Virus record (IMG/VR): IMGVR_UViG_3300032323_001800
Location: 96,001-160,000 of that record
Length of the DNA: 64,000 nucleotides
From: a virus
Direction: 5' to 3' (one strand)
In this document: positions 17,574 through 27,686 of the stretch, piece after piece
Position numbering within the stretch: position 1 is the first letter of the stretch
Layout: the number at the start of each line of letters is the position of its first letter
Notes under the pieces: generated by a model
Databases searched by the model: none
Told to the model about the DNA's origin: nothing
The model's input: the letters and a program-made list of their open reading frames with translations, nothing else
Translations under genes and position numbers: made by a program

Positions 17574-18665
17574 ATGCTAGATTTTGTAAAACAACTCTTT
17601 GAAAACAATGTGATTTCCGAAGAAATGAAATCGGAAATTGAAACCGCTTGGCAAAGCAGAATTCAAGAGAACCGTGATCATGTCACAGCAGAACTACGTG
17701 AAGAATTTGCTCAGAAATATGAGCATGACAAACAAGCTATGGTTGAAGCCGTAGATAAGATGATCGTTGATCGCCTTAACACTGAAATTTCAGAGTTAGC
17801 CGAAGACCGCAATCAACTAATCGAAGCTAAAGCCAAGTACGCTAAGAAAATGAAAGATGATGCTAAGAAAATGGAAGAATTCGTTCTCCGTAAATTAGCA
17901 ACAGAACTTTCTGAACTTCACGAAGACCGCAAAGCAGTAGCAGATAATTTTGCTAAACTAGAGGGCTTCATTGTAGGCTCACTAGCTAAAGAAATCGCAG
18001 AATTCCACTCAGACAAGAAAGACCTAGCTGAAACAAAAGTCAAACTTGTCCGTGAAAGCAAAGCAAAATTTGAACAAGTTCGTAAGGACTTTATCTCTAA
18101 ATCATCTAAAATCGTTGAAGGTGTAGTTGCTAAAACACTACGCACTGAAATGGTTCAATTAAAAGAAGATATTGAAGCTGCTCGTAAAAATGACTTTGGT
18201 CGCAGAATCTTTGAAAGCTTCGCAAGCGAATATGCTTCAAGCCACTTGAATGAGAAGTCTGAAACAGCAAAACTATTAAAAGTAGTTGCTGAAAAAGAAG
18301 CTGCTCTAAAAGAAGCTAAGAAAGCAGTTGCTGAAAAAGAAACAATTGTTGAAAGCAAGGAAAAAGAAATCCGTGTCGCAAATGACATGGCAGCTCGTAA
18401 AGAAGTAATGAGCGAATTACTTGGACCTTTAGCTAGAGATAGTAAAGCAGTAATGTCAGAGTTGCTAGAATCTGTAGCAACAGACAAGTTACGAGGAGCA
18501 TACGATAAGTATCTACCAGCTGTAATGGCCGGCGACGCTCCAAAGAAAAAGGCATTAGTCGAAGGCAAAGAAATTACAGGCAATAAAGAGGCTACACAGC
18601 ACAGCGGAGAGGAAAAAACCGCTGAAATATTTACAATCCGCAAGCTCGCGGGACTTAAAGTTTAA
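17574..18665 (+). CDS. gp22: Prohead scaffold protein
   Basis: Coiled-coil protein between protease and capsid genes; AGGAG SD. Confidence 0.8.
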   Translation: MLDFVKQLFENNVISEEMKSEIETAWQSRIQENRDHVTAELREEFAQKYEHDKQAMVEAVDKMIVDRLNTEISELAEDRNQLIEAKAKYAKKMKDDAKKMEEFVLRKLATELSELHEDRKAVADNFAKLEGFIVGSLAKEIAEFHSDKKDLAETKVKLVRESKAKFEQVRKDFISKSSKIVEGVVAKTLRTEMVQLKEDIEAARKNDFGRRIFESFASEYASSHLNEKSETAKLLKVVAEKEAALKEAKKAVAEKETIVESKEKEIRVANDMAARKEVMSELLGPLARDSKAVMSELLESVATDKLRGAYDKYLPAVMAGDAPKKKALVEGKEITGNKEATQHSGEEKTAEIFTIRKLAGLKV

Positions 18666-18677
18666 GGAGAACTACAA

Positions 18678-19847
18678 ATGTCAGAACTACTCGAGTCACG
18701 CTGGCAGGAAACCAGAGAGGCACTATTAGAAGGCCTTCAAGGTACAAAGCGTACAGTAATGGCGACTACTCTAGAAAATACCCGCAAGTATTTGTCGGAG
18801 AGTGCTACTGCTGGTGCTACATCTGCCGGTAACGTTGCAACCCTAAATCGTGTGATCCTTCCAGTGATCAGACGTGTGATGCCTACGGTCATCGCTAATG
18901 AATTAGTTGGCGTACAGCCAATGACTGGCCCAGTTGGTCAAATCCACACTCTACGTGTTCGCTATGCAGATACATTTGCTGGCAGCACTGGTGGTGCGAC
19001 TACAGCAGGTGAAGAAGCACTAAGCCCATTCAAAATTGCTGAAGGCTATGCTGGTACAACTTCTGGTAAGGCCGCTGCTACTGCTGCCCTAGAAGGTAAT
19101 GCTGGTAACAAGATGAGCATTCAAATCTTGAAACAAACTGTTGAAGCAAAGACACGCAAGCTATCAGCTCGCTGGACTTTCGAAGCAGCTCAAGATGCAC
19201 AAGCTCAACAAGGTATTGATATCGAAGCAGAAATCATGGCTGCTCTTGCACAAGAGATTACAGCTGAGATCGATCAAGAAGTTCTACGTAGCCTACGCAC
19301 TTTAGCAGGCTCACAGAACAATATCAACTACAACCAAGCAGCAGTTTCTGGTACAGCTACATTCGTCGGTGACGAACACGCTGCTCTAGCAGTTGCTATT
19401 AACCGTGTTGCTAACACAATCGCTCAACGCACACGTCGTGGTGCAGGTAACTGGGCAGTTGTTTCCCCAACAGCATTAACAATTCTTCAATCTGCTACTA
19501 CTAGCGCATTTGCTCGTACAACAGAAGGCACTTTCGAAGCACCTACAAACACTAAGTTTGCTGGTACATTGAACAATGCTATGAAGATCTATGTTAATAC
19601 ATATGCTGAAGATGACACAGTTCTAGTTGGTTACAAAGGCTCTTCTGAGTCTGATGCAGCAGCATTCTATTGCCCATACATTCCATTGATGAGCAGTGGT
19701 GTTGTTCTTGATCCATCAACTTTTGAACCAGTTGTAAGCTTCATGACAAGATATGGCTATGTTGAATTAACTAACACAGCATCATCTCTTGGTAACGCAG
19801 CTGACTACTTAGGTACTGTTGGTATTTCCAACGCTTCATTCACCTAA
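18678..19847 (+). CDS. gp23: Major capsid protein
   Basis: GVQPMTGPVGQIHTLR, TVEAKTRKLSARWTFEAAQD, AAFYCPYIPL, FMTRYG. Confidence 0.97.
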   Translation: MSELLESRWQETREALLEGLQGTKRTVMATTLENTRKYLSESATAGATSAGNVATLNRVILPVIRRVMPTVIANELVGVQPMTGPVGQIHTLRVRYADTFAGSTGGATTAGEEALSPFKIAEGYAGTTSGKAAATAALEGNAGNKMSIQILKQTVEAKTRKLSARWTFEAAQDAQAQQGIDIEAEIMAALAQEITAEIDQEVLRSLRTLAGSQNNINYNQAAVSGTATFVGDEHAALAVAINRVANTIAQRTRRGAGNWAVVSPTALTILQSATTSAFARTTEGTFEAPTNTKFAGTLNNAMKIYVNTYAEDDTVLVGYKGSSESDAAAFYCPYIPLMSSGVVLDPSTFEPVVSFMTRYGYVELTNTASSLGNAADYLGTVGISNASFT

Positions 19848-19874
19848 TCAAAGGTCAAACGTTTTATACGTTTC

Positions 19875-19898
19875 AAAAAGGCTCTTCGGAGCCTTTTT
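19875..19898. terminator. Bidirectional intrinsic terminator after gp23
   Basis: AAAAAGGCTC-TTCG-GAGCCTTTTT. Confidence 0.9.
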
Positions 19899-19920
19899 GT
19901 TTGACTTAAATATCTGAGAT

Positions 19921-20190
19921 ATGCAGATAGAATCGGATAAAGATTTCCCTCAATTACGAAAACAATTTGATGTTTGGCGCAAACGATTTCCTATGTTTAA
20001 ACATGATGTAACACATATAGAAAAAATCATAGAAACACACATTCAAAATCACAGTATTATTATGGTACATTATCGACAGACAAAAAGTAAGTCGTGGTTA
20101 GAAAAAGCACAGAACGAAATTAATGAAATTAATCGGGTTGTTAATACTGTGGAAAAAATTGAGTTGATGTCAATGCTGAGCCGTGGATAA
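19921..20190 (+). CDS. Hypothetical protein
   Basis: 89-aa ORF; TAAATA at 19907-19912. Confidence 0.6.
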   Translation: MQIESDKDFPQLRKQFDVWRKRFPMFKHDVTHIEKIIETHIQNHSIIMVHYRQTKSKSWLEKAQNEINEINRVVNTVEKIELMSMLSRG

Positions 20191-20277
20191 ATAAAGTATC
20201 TAGAGCGTACTTATAGTAAGTAACTTATGGGGTAACCATCCTCGTAGACCTAGAACGTCAAATTAAGGAGAAACAAA

Positions 20278-20673
20278 ATGGGACGTCCATTAAGAAAAGA
20301 TATATTAGGTACTGATGTTATTGGTACATTCACAAGTGATACCGGTGTTAGAGTTGATTACCATGACGGTAGTTCTTTAGTAAGCACAGGTATTATCAAA
20401 AAACAACGTGGCGCAAAAACATTTGTATGCGCACCTAACGCAACACCTACAGATACTACATCATTTAGAACTGTTGTATTAACTAATGCTGCTGCTGGAG
20501 CACTAACAAGCGGCCAAATGAGATTAACTGGCTATGTTGGCGGCAACGCTGATTCAGGCCGTGCTCTAGCAAAGATTACAAAACGTGTGGCTGTTGATTT
20601 CAGCGGCAATCGTTATACCTGGGTTCTTGCTAACGATTCAACAAACGATTATATTGTTTTAACAGCTATCTAA
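20278..20673 (+). CDS. Putative virion structural protein
   Basis: 131 aa, beta-rich; AAGGAG SD and late promoter at 20188-20193. Confidence 0.6.
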   Translation: MGRPLRKDILGTDVIGTFTSDTGVRVDYHDGSSLVSTGIIKKQRGAKTFVCAPNATPTDTTSFRTVVLTNAAAGALTSGQMRLTGYVGGNADSGRALAKITKRVAVDFSGNRYTWVLANDSTNDYIVLTAI

Positions 20674-20687
20674 ATCGAGATCGATAA

Positions 20688-22220
20688 ATGAGTCAAGTAT
20701 TACAAACTAATTGCGATTATAAAATAAAGACGCAGTCCGGTGGAACAATAACACTAGACACTAGTCCAGTCGCTGGAAGTAATGGTACTGTAAGAATTAC
20801 AGGTAACTTATTAGTTGAAGGTGAGCAATTAACAATTAATACCACTGACTTGTTTGTCGAAGATAATATTATTAGATTGAACATCGGCGAAACTGGTAAC
20901 GGAGTAACTGAAGGTTACTCCGGTATTGAAATCGATCGAGGAGTTGATGGTAGCGAAACAAATCTCTATGCTACATTTTGGTTTAATGAAAGCACAGACA
21001 GCTGGGAAATCGTTCAACAATCTGGTGGTCCAACACCAGTCATACGCTTTGATAACAGTACATTAAAGCTTCGAGCAATTACTACAAATGCAACTACAGA
21101 TGAAGGCGACTTAACTCTAATAGGAGCAGGAACCGGAGTTGTTAAAGTAGAAGGTACTATTAACTACGAACAACAAGTTACCAGCGACGATGATATTCCA
21201 AACAAGAGATATGTAGATTTAACTGTTAGAAATAGAGAGCCTGCCAATAGAATTCAACGTAGCAACTCGTATGTTAAAGTTCAAGACGTTGATGGAGGTG
21301 CTACTGGCCGTGCTGTACTTGGAGTACTAGCAGGTGTTATTAACCAGCCAGGTTTAAATTACGAAGTTGGTGATTTAATTTATCTTACTTCGGGAACATA
21401 CAGCGAACCAGCCTTGTGGGAAGTAACTGGAGTTGTATTCGGTACTGGTGCTATTTCAGCAATTGATCCAATTGAACAGGGATTTTATACAGAACTTTCT
21501 GTAACAAATACCAGTTCGCCCACAACTACCGACAGTACAAATGGTTTCGGAGCTACACTAAATCTAGAATGGGTTGTAAGAACTGTTGAAATAATTAATG
21601 CTGGTAACGACTACGAAGCAGCTAACGTGTTTTTTAGTTTTAATTCACCTAGTGAAACTCAAGCAACAGGCACAGTTGTTATAGATACCGACCCGCTATC
21701 AGAAGACTATCGTAGAATTACTGACGTAACTATTGTGGGTGGTGGTGAATATTTTGCAATACCTGCAGTTACATTCTCGGCAGGATCTACAACAGATTTA
21801 ACTGAAAGTCAGATAAGCATAGTTGTTGAAGATGCAGTGTCTGCGGTGTTCTATGAAAATAGAGTTGAGATTGGTGGTCTTGAAATTATTGACAATGCTA
21901 TTGTAACTAAGGCAGGTAGAACTAACGACAACATTTTATTAGATCCTAACGGTACTGGTAAAGTTGAAATCAATTACGGTATTCAATTAAACAACGCAGA
22001 TTATGCCCTAATAGCTGTGGCAAACTCCACAGTTGTTTTTGGCGACTCTCCACTAGTTGGTGAAGCAGGAGTATTTTATAATAATACACAGCAAGAAACA
22101 AGATGGAGTCAGTGGGTAACAAACAACAATAATTTTGATGCTACGGATCTAGCAGCAAGACCGGTAAGAAACGAATTAATAAGCAAGAATAAAGCACTTG
22201 TAATGAGTATGCTATTCTAA
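20688..22220 (+). CDS. Putative virion structural / fibre-associated protein
   Basis: Thr/Val/Gly-rich beta-structure with NAGNDY/GGGEY turns; structural operon context. Confidence 0.6.
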   Translation: MSQVLQTNCDYKIKTQSGGTITLDTSPVAGSNGTVRITGNLLVEGEQLTINTTDLFVEDNIIRLNIGETGNGVTEGYSGIEIDRGVDGSETNLYATFWFNESTDSWEIVQQSGGPTPVIRFDNSTLKLRAITTNATTDEGDLTLIGAGTGVVKVEGTINYEQQVTSDDDIPNKRYVDLTVRNREPANRIQRSNSYVKVQDVDGGATGRAVLGVLAGVINQPGLNYEVGDLIYLTSGTYSEPALWEVTGVVFGTGAISAIDPIEQGFYTELSVTNTSSPTTTDSTNGFGATLNLEWVVRTVEIINAGNDYEAANVFFSFNSPSETQATGTVVIDTDPLSEDYRRITDVTIVGGGEYFAIPAVTFSAGSTTDLTESQISIVVEDAVSAVFYENRVEIGGLEIIDNAIVTKAGRTNDNILLDPNGTGKVEINYGIQLNNADYALIAVANSTVVFGDSPLVGEAGVFYNNTQQETRWSQWVTNNNNFDATDLAARPVRNELISKNKALVMSMLF

Positions 22221-22229
22221 GGATTGAAA

Positions 22230-22592
22230 ATGATAGATAACGCACTTTTAACAACTAGTACAGCAACAATTTTTACAGCACCGGGCGATCCGGGAGATTT
22301 AAATGTCCAGAGCGCCATTACTACAATGATTTTTTGTAATGTACTGACACCAGATGTATCGGCTCCGATAGATGATACTACTAACGAAACATTTATCGAT
22401 GTGTATATTGTAAAATCAGGACAGGCCGCCAGTGACCTAGTTAATGCTGTTGTTAAAAATTTAAGAGTACCTGCAGGCGAAACAGTATTTTTTGATACAG
22501 AAAGATTGGTATTATCATCAGGTGATACTATACAAGCAAAAGCATTAAACAATAATACTGTAGTAGCAACTATTAGTGTATTGCCAGTATGA
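22230..22592 (+). CDS. Small beta-sandwich virion protein (paralog of 31901-32230)
   Basis: ATG at 22230 after an AAGGA SD; VKNLRVPAGETV...ERLVLSSGDTI parallels AKGIIIPPNSTA...EKLILTNSNVL. Confidence 0.6.
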   Translation: MIDNALLTTSTATIFTAPGDPGDLNVQSAITTMIFCNVLTPDVSAPIDDTTNETFIDVYIVKSGQAASDLVNAVVKNLRVPAGETVFFDTERLVLSSGDTIQAKALNNNTVVATISVLPV

Positions 22593-23578
22593 AATATTTA
22601 AAAACTAAAAACATTTCTAAATTTAGTATTGCCGACAGATCATTTATTGTCGAGCAGCCTAGCGGAAAAATTACCACAAACTCTCAAGATAGTATAAAAA
22701 TTCCTACAGGGTCCATAGAAAGACGACCTATCGTACCAGATCAAGGTATGATTAGATTTACCACAGACGATACTAATAATCACGAAGATGTGAATACTGC
22801 TACGTATTTTCCAACAAGACCCGTTGGAGTTGAAGCATACTTTGATGGAGAATGGCGTCCTGTAAGATTGCAAGGCCCTGCTGCTATTACTAAAACTTTA
22901 TTAGGTACAGGTAACTGGGATGCGATCCTTCAACCTAACGAAGACCTAAGTAGATTTTTTCCAGCCAGCGGCGAACCATTGGCTATCATTCCAAACAGCG
23001 GTGATAGTGTTATTGTCTTAGTTGAAAACGTATTTCAAATACACGGCGCAGGTAATAACTTTCAATTAATAGAAAGTTCTGGCCAAGTAAGAGCAGTTGA
23101 AATTACCAACGAAGGTTCTAACTATGACACACCAGGAAATGTAACAGTTGCATTTGCTGACCCCTTTACTGGAGGCGGTTGGACTTCTGGCGGAAGCGTA
23201 ACTGTGGGCGATTATGTATCATTTGTTGATAGCTCGGATAAAAACTGGTATTATGTAACTACTGGCACAACGTTAGGTACATCGGGTCCTACACATACTA
23301 GTGGTTCTGCAGCAAACGGTAATACATCTCTAACCTATGTTGGAACCACAGCCCGTGGTATTGTTACTATTGTCGCAGGTGAAATTACAGAAGTTACAAT
23401 AACTGATATCGGTGCTGGATATACAACAGTGCCGGCAGTATCATTTAACGACAGCGGAGCAGAAGGTGCAGGCGCTGCCGGAACAGCAGTGATAACTAAA
23501 CCAGGTTGGCACATTGAATTCTTCTCAGCAGTACCCGACACTAAAAAAGTATATATCTACCACGGTTTCGATCAATAA
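22589..23578 (+). CDS. Putative virion structural protein
   Basis: IKIPTG...GMIRFTT fibre motif and NEGSNY/DIGAGY turns. Confidence 0.6.
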   Translation: MKYLKTKNISKFSIADRSFIVEQPSGKITTNSQDSIKIPTGSIERRPIVPDQGMIRFTTDDTNNHEDVNTATYFPTRPVGVEAYFDGEWRPVRLQGPAAITKTLLGTGNWDAILQPNEDLSRFFPASGEPLAIIPNSGDSVIVLVENVFQIHGAGNNFQLIESSGQVRAVEITNEGSNYDTPGNVTVAFADPFTGGGWTSGGSVTVGDYVSFVDSSDKNWYYVTTGTTLGTSGPTHTSGSAANGNTSLTYVGTTARGIVTIVAGEITEVTITDIGAGYTTVPAVSFNDSGAEGAGAAGTAVITKPGWHIEFFSAVPDTKKVYIYHGFDQ

Positions 23579-23619
23579 ACTACTGCCAATCTTACGGTAA
23601 ATATCTGTAAGGAGCTCAC

Positions 23620-26600
23620 ATGGCAGATCTAGGTAGAATTTCCGGTCCAATGTTAAAAGACAACCTCTTACGAGGTGGTGTTGATCTTGTCTTTGAAAAT
23701 AGATTAGGCGATAATAATCTTTATCTTGATGTTAATACTACTAAAATTGGTATTAACACAGATTCTATTACTAGAGAATTAACAATTAATGATGCAGTAA
23801 AAACTGATTATTTGATTGTTGATAATTTATTTAGATCCAATAATGTAAGATTTGAAGCATCCTCTATAGAATCCTTGCTTGGAGATTTAGTGTTCAACCC
23901 AGCATCGGGAATTACTAATCTTTCTAGTATATCGACATATGGATTAACAATACAAGATAACATTATTCAAAGTTTAAATTCAAATGAAACTATTGAATTA
24001 AGACCCGACGGTTCAGGTGATGTAAATTTTACAACTGTCGAATTAGATATCGATGGTAATTTACATACTACCGGAGATATTACGTTAGACGGAACAATTA
24101 CTATCGGAAACAGTGATACAGATTCTGTGTCGTTTGCCTCTGATATCGACAGCGATATTATTCCAGATATAAATGAAACATTTAATTTAGGCTCAACATC
24201 TAAAAAATGGTTAGGGGTTCATACTGAATTTGTTAATGGCCAATTATTAGAGACTTCTGGAATATCGGTATCTGGTGTCAATAGTATCTCGTTACGTCAA
24301 GGTAATATTTGGTATGTTGCTGTTAATGGTTCAGACACAAACGTTGGAGATCATCAAAACGGTCCGTTCCTAACTGTTAAACACGCTTTGGAAAATGCCA
24401 ACGGCGGTGATACTGTTTATATCTACCCAGGGGAATATCAAGAAGAATTTCCACTTACGGTGCCAGATGGCGTAACAGTTCGAGGTGCCGGACTACGAGC
24501 TGTTAAAATAACACCCACAGTATTAACTCAAACTAAAGATGCGTTTTTATTACACGGTGATACAACTGTCTCTGATTTAACAGTTGGTGATTTTTATTAC
24601 AACAGTTCTCTAAACACCGGGTACGGATTTAGATTCGCACCTAATTACACAATACCATCTAGATCTCCGTACATTCAGAACATATCAGTTATAACACAAG
24701 AGGTTGCTGGAAATGTATCACCTACATCAATAACAGTGGGTCCATCATCTACCGGAGTGTCTTTAACTAGTAATAGTGTAACTTTATCTAAGACATTTTA
24801 TAGTCAATCTCTCGTAGATTCTCTAGTAGGGCAGACAGCAGTAATTGATAGATATCCTAATCCTCCGTTAATCTATACTGTCGTATCGATTGAAACAGAG
24901 TCACTATCTCCTACAGAATGGAGAATGACAGTTGATACAACTTTTAATCCAACCGGTCAAATTAAGCCTATTAGTTTTTACCCAGACGCCGGATCAATAG
25001 AGATAGTTACTAACGATATCTGGGATACTACAGGAAATTCAGTTGGAGAAAAGTGGGTAGCTTGGTTTAAAACTAATTTACCTGTGGATTTTGAAAATAC
25101 AGTAGAGCCCGGATGGACTATCAATGTAGCAGGCACTATCTATATCGTCGATTATGTAATTGAAGATCCTGTCAATACTAATATGTGGAGAATATATGTT
25201 ACTACTTCATTAGTTGCTGGTACAGGTATTCCAATTTTTTCATCTCCTACTATCGGACCCCCATTACTAGCAGGTCGAGGAGCACTAGCAGACGGAGCAT
25301 ATGCTAATACAGCAACCACTGACTTAACATCTATATCAACTGATAACATTTTTGTTACTGTTAATGGTGAACAAATCGTTACATCCTACGGCGAAGCATC
25401 GATGTTATTCCATTCTGTGACATTTATTGTTCCTAATGCTATTGGACTATATGCTACAAATGGTGTTAGAATAGAATGGTTAAACTCATTCACGTATTTT
25501 GCCAGCAAAGGTCTATATGCTGTAAATGGTGTCGAAGGCCGAGTAAGCATTGACGGTTCTTCAATCAAATACGGTGCCGAGATTCGTAGTATTGGATCAG
25601 CAAACGTGTATGGTCTAGTAGGAGCAGAAGCTGACGGTAATCAAACTTTAATGTATTTGATTAATCACAATTTTGCCTATATTGGTTCCGGACTCGATTC
25701 TACAAACAATCCTTCGAATGTGATACAGACTAACGAAACTATAGAATTAAATTCTGGAAAAATTTATTATCAAAGTTTAGATCATAAAGGCACGTATCGA
25801 GTAGGAGATGTTTTTGTTGTTGATCTAGAGACCGGAGAAATATCAATAGATGGTGTTTCAACATCTTTTGGCGGTATAACAGCACTAAATTTTGTTGACG
25901 AAGACTCCGAAACATTAATAAATGCTTCAACAGTTGATGCTAATAATATAAGAATTTCCGGAAATACAATTTCAAGCATCTCGGGCGATGTTATAATAAC
26001 ATCTCAATCAGATCAGATTAATTTAACACAAAACGTTAATATTGATAAAAACTTAGATATTTCTAATGATTTTATTATCAAAGGACAATTAACAGTTGGT
26101 AACCAACTAGTTGATACAGTTAATTTTGTATCTAAATTAGACGAAGATTTAATTCCTAAACTTGATAACACATATTCAATTGGCTCAAATTTATTAAAGT
26201 GGGATGCTTCTAATATTGAAAATATTGAATTAGACAATTTAAAGTTTTTTGATAATAGAATAAAAACCATAGAGACTAACAGCGATGTAGAATTAACAGC
26301 TCAAGGCACCGGAAGGATTTATACCAGCGTTACGGACGTAGAAATCGAACAGAGTTTAACTGTTAATGGAATTACTGATTTAAAAAATACAAATGTATTA
26401 GGTACTGTAACACATACTGGCAATACACTTCAAACAGGAAATTCTTTCCAAACTGGTGATTATAATCTAACTGGAAGCTTATCTGTAAGTAATGATTTTT
26501 TTACAGAAGATATTGCCTTTATTGACAATAGAGTCATTACTCAAAATTCCAATTCTGATTTAGATTTACGAGCAGCAGGCACTGGTAGAGTATATGTTCC

Positions 26601-27549
26601 TAACGATAATGTGCAAATTGATCAAAATCTAACAGTTACGGGTTTAACATCTACTACAAATATAACAAATTCTAATACAGTAACTTCGGATCAATTTTAT
26701 GTCGATGACGTTTTAATCAAAGACAATTACATAACAACATATAATTCAAATTCTAACTTAGAATTATTTGCTAATAATGCAGGCGGTGTATTTTTAGAAA
26801 CTTTAAAATTTACTGATAACACAATTTCAACTGTTTCTGGAAATACTAATATCAGCATTGCTACATTATCTAGTGGTAGTGTTCTTATTAATGATGAAAA
26901 AGCATTAAAAATTCCTGTAGGATCTGGATCTGCTAGACCTGTTGGAGTTCAAGGTGATTTTAGATACGATTCAACTGACGGATTGTATAGTGGTTGGAGT
27001 TCTAACAGAGTTACATTTGGTGGGGTATTTTCAGCTGATCGTAGAACAAACGTAACAGCGCATCCTACTAATAACACACTTAATTTTATTGCAAATTTAG
27101 TACCAACTATAACTATTAGTGAATCTGGTATTAGATCAAATGGATTAGGCACTGACAATAATTTGTTATTTAATGGAAATATTATTTCAACACAATTATT
27201 AAATTCAAACATTAATATAACACCAAACGGAACAGGGCAAACTGACCTAGGCGAAATACACATATATCAAAATGAGTTTATTAATCAAAATAACTCTACT
27301 CCTATAACCTTAGCGACCACTGCTGGCGGCCATGTAAAATTTAACGGAACTAAAGCAGTACAAATTCCATTTGGTCCTAGTGATGAACGCCCTTTTACTG
27401 AAGTAGGCGATATAAGATGGAATACTGATAACAATGCTACTGAGATTTTTGACGGGGTTAATTACGTCAGCATCGCTGGAGTTACTGAATCGGCCTCTCC
27501 TGAACAGGTACAAGAACTCAACGAGATCTACGCCATACTCCTTGGTTAA
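23620..27549 (+). CDS. Large tail-fibre-like protein 1 (beta-helix plus fibre repeats)
   Basis: 1309 aa; IWYVAVNGSD...TVKHAL beta-helix entry motif; repeated NSDLELxAxGTG units; TAAATA (23598-23603) and AAGGAG upstream. Confidence 0.7.
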   Translation: MADLGRISGPMLKDNLLRGGVDLVFENRLGDNNLYLDVNTTKIGINTDSITRELTINDAVKTDYLIVDNLFRSNNVRFEASSIESLLGDLVFNPASGITNLSSISTYGLTIQDNIIQSLNSNETIELRPDGSGDVNFTTVELDIDGNLHTTGDITLDGTITIGNSDTDSVSFASDIDSDIIPDINETFNLGSTSKKWLGVHTEFVNGQLLETSGISVSGVNSISLRQGNIWYVAVNGSDTNVGDHQNGPFLTVKHALENANGGDTVYIYPGEYQEEFPLTVPDGVTVRGAGLRAVKITPTVLTQTKDAFLLHGDTTVSDLTVGDFYYNSSLNTGYGFRFAPNYTIPSRSPYIQNISVITQEVAGNVSPTSITVGPSSTGVSLTSNSVTLSKTFYSQSLVDSLVGQTAVIDRYPNPPLIYTVVSIETESLSPTEWRMTVDTTFNPTGQIKPISFYPDAGSIEIVTNDIWDTTGNSVGEKWVAWFKTNLPVDFENTVEPGWTINVAGTIYIVDYVIEDPVNTNMWRIYVTTSLVAGTGIPIFSSPTIGPPLLAGRGALADGAYANTATTDLTSISTDNIFVTVNGEQIVTSYGEASMLFHSVTFIVPNAIGLYATNGVRIEWLNSFTYFASKGLYAVNGVEGRVSIDGSSIKYGAEIRSIGSANVYGLVGAEADGNQTLMYLINHNFAYIGSGLDSTNNPSNVIQTNETIELNSGKIYYQSLDHKGTYRVGDVFVVDLETGEISIDGVSTSFGGITALNFVDEDSETLINASTVDANNIRISGNTISSISGDVIITSQSDQINLTQNVNIDKNLDISNDFIIKGQLTVGNQLVDTVNFVSKLDEDLIPKLDNTYSIGSNLLKWDASNIENIELDNLKFFDNRIKTIETNSDVELTAQGTGRIYTSVTDVEIEQSLTVNGITDLKNTNVLGTVTHTGNTLQTGNSFQTGDYNLTGSLSVSNDFFTEDIAFIDNRVITQNSNSDLDLRAAGTGRVYVPNDNVQIDQNLTVTGLTSTTNITNSNTVTSDQFYVDDVLIKDNYITTYNSNSNLELFANNAGGVFLETLKFTDNTISTVSGNTNISIATLSSGSVLINDEKALKIPVGSGSARPVGVQGDFRYDSTDGLYSGWSSNRVTFGGVFSADRRTNVTAHPTNNTLNFIANLVPTITISESGIRSNGLGTDNNLLFNGNIISTQLLNSNINITPNGTGQTDLGEIHIYQNEFINQNNSTPITLATTAGGHVKFNGTKAVQIPFGPSDERPFTEVGDIRWNTDNNATEIFDGVNYVSIAGVTESASPEQVQELNEIYAILLG

Positions 27550-27560
27550 TTTACAAAACA

Positions 27561-27568
27561 TATAAATA
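27561..27568 (+). promoter_or_regulatory. Late promoter TATAAATA
   Basis: Full T4 late consensus 118 nt upstream of the ATG at 27687. Confidence 0.75.
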
Positions 27569-27686
27569 CATTTGATTACGAAAAATGACCAATTTTTCGT
27601 ATGGTTAAACTGTGGTAACCCAGCAAAGAGCCCGTAAGGGATGAAAATTAGGGTAACCGTGAAACGCGGGGTAAAAAGGAGAGCGA

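Noticed and set aside
20194-20277. Hammerhead ribozyme (three-way junction)
   Set aside because: The CUGAnGA and GAAA catalytic core is absent.
27601-27675. c-di-GMP-I riboswitch (AAAC...GCAAAG...GCGGGGU resemblance)
   Set aside because: The GGCAAAC/GGACG core is missing. Kept only as an unassigned structured leader.
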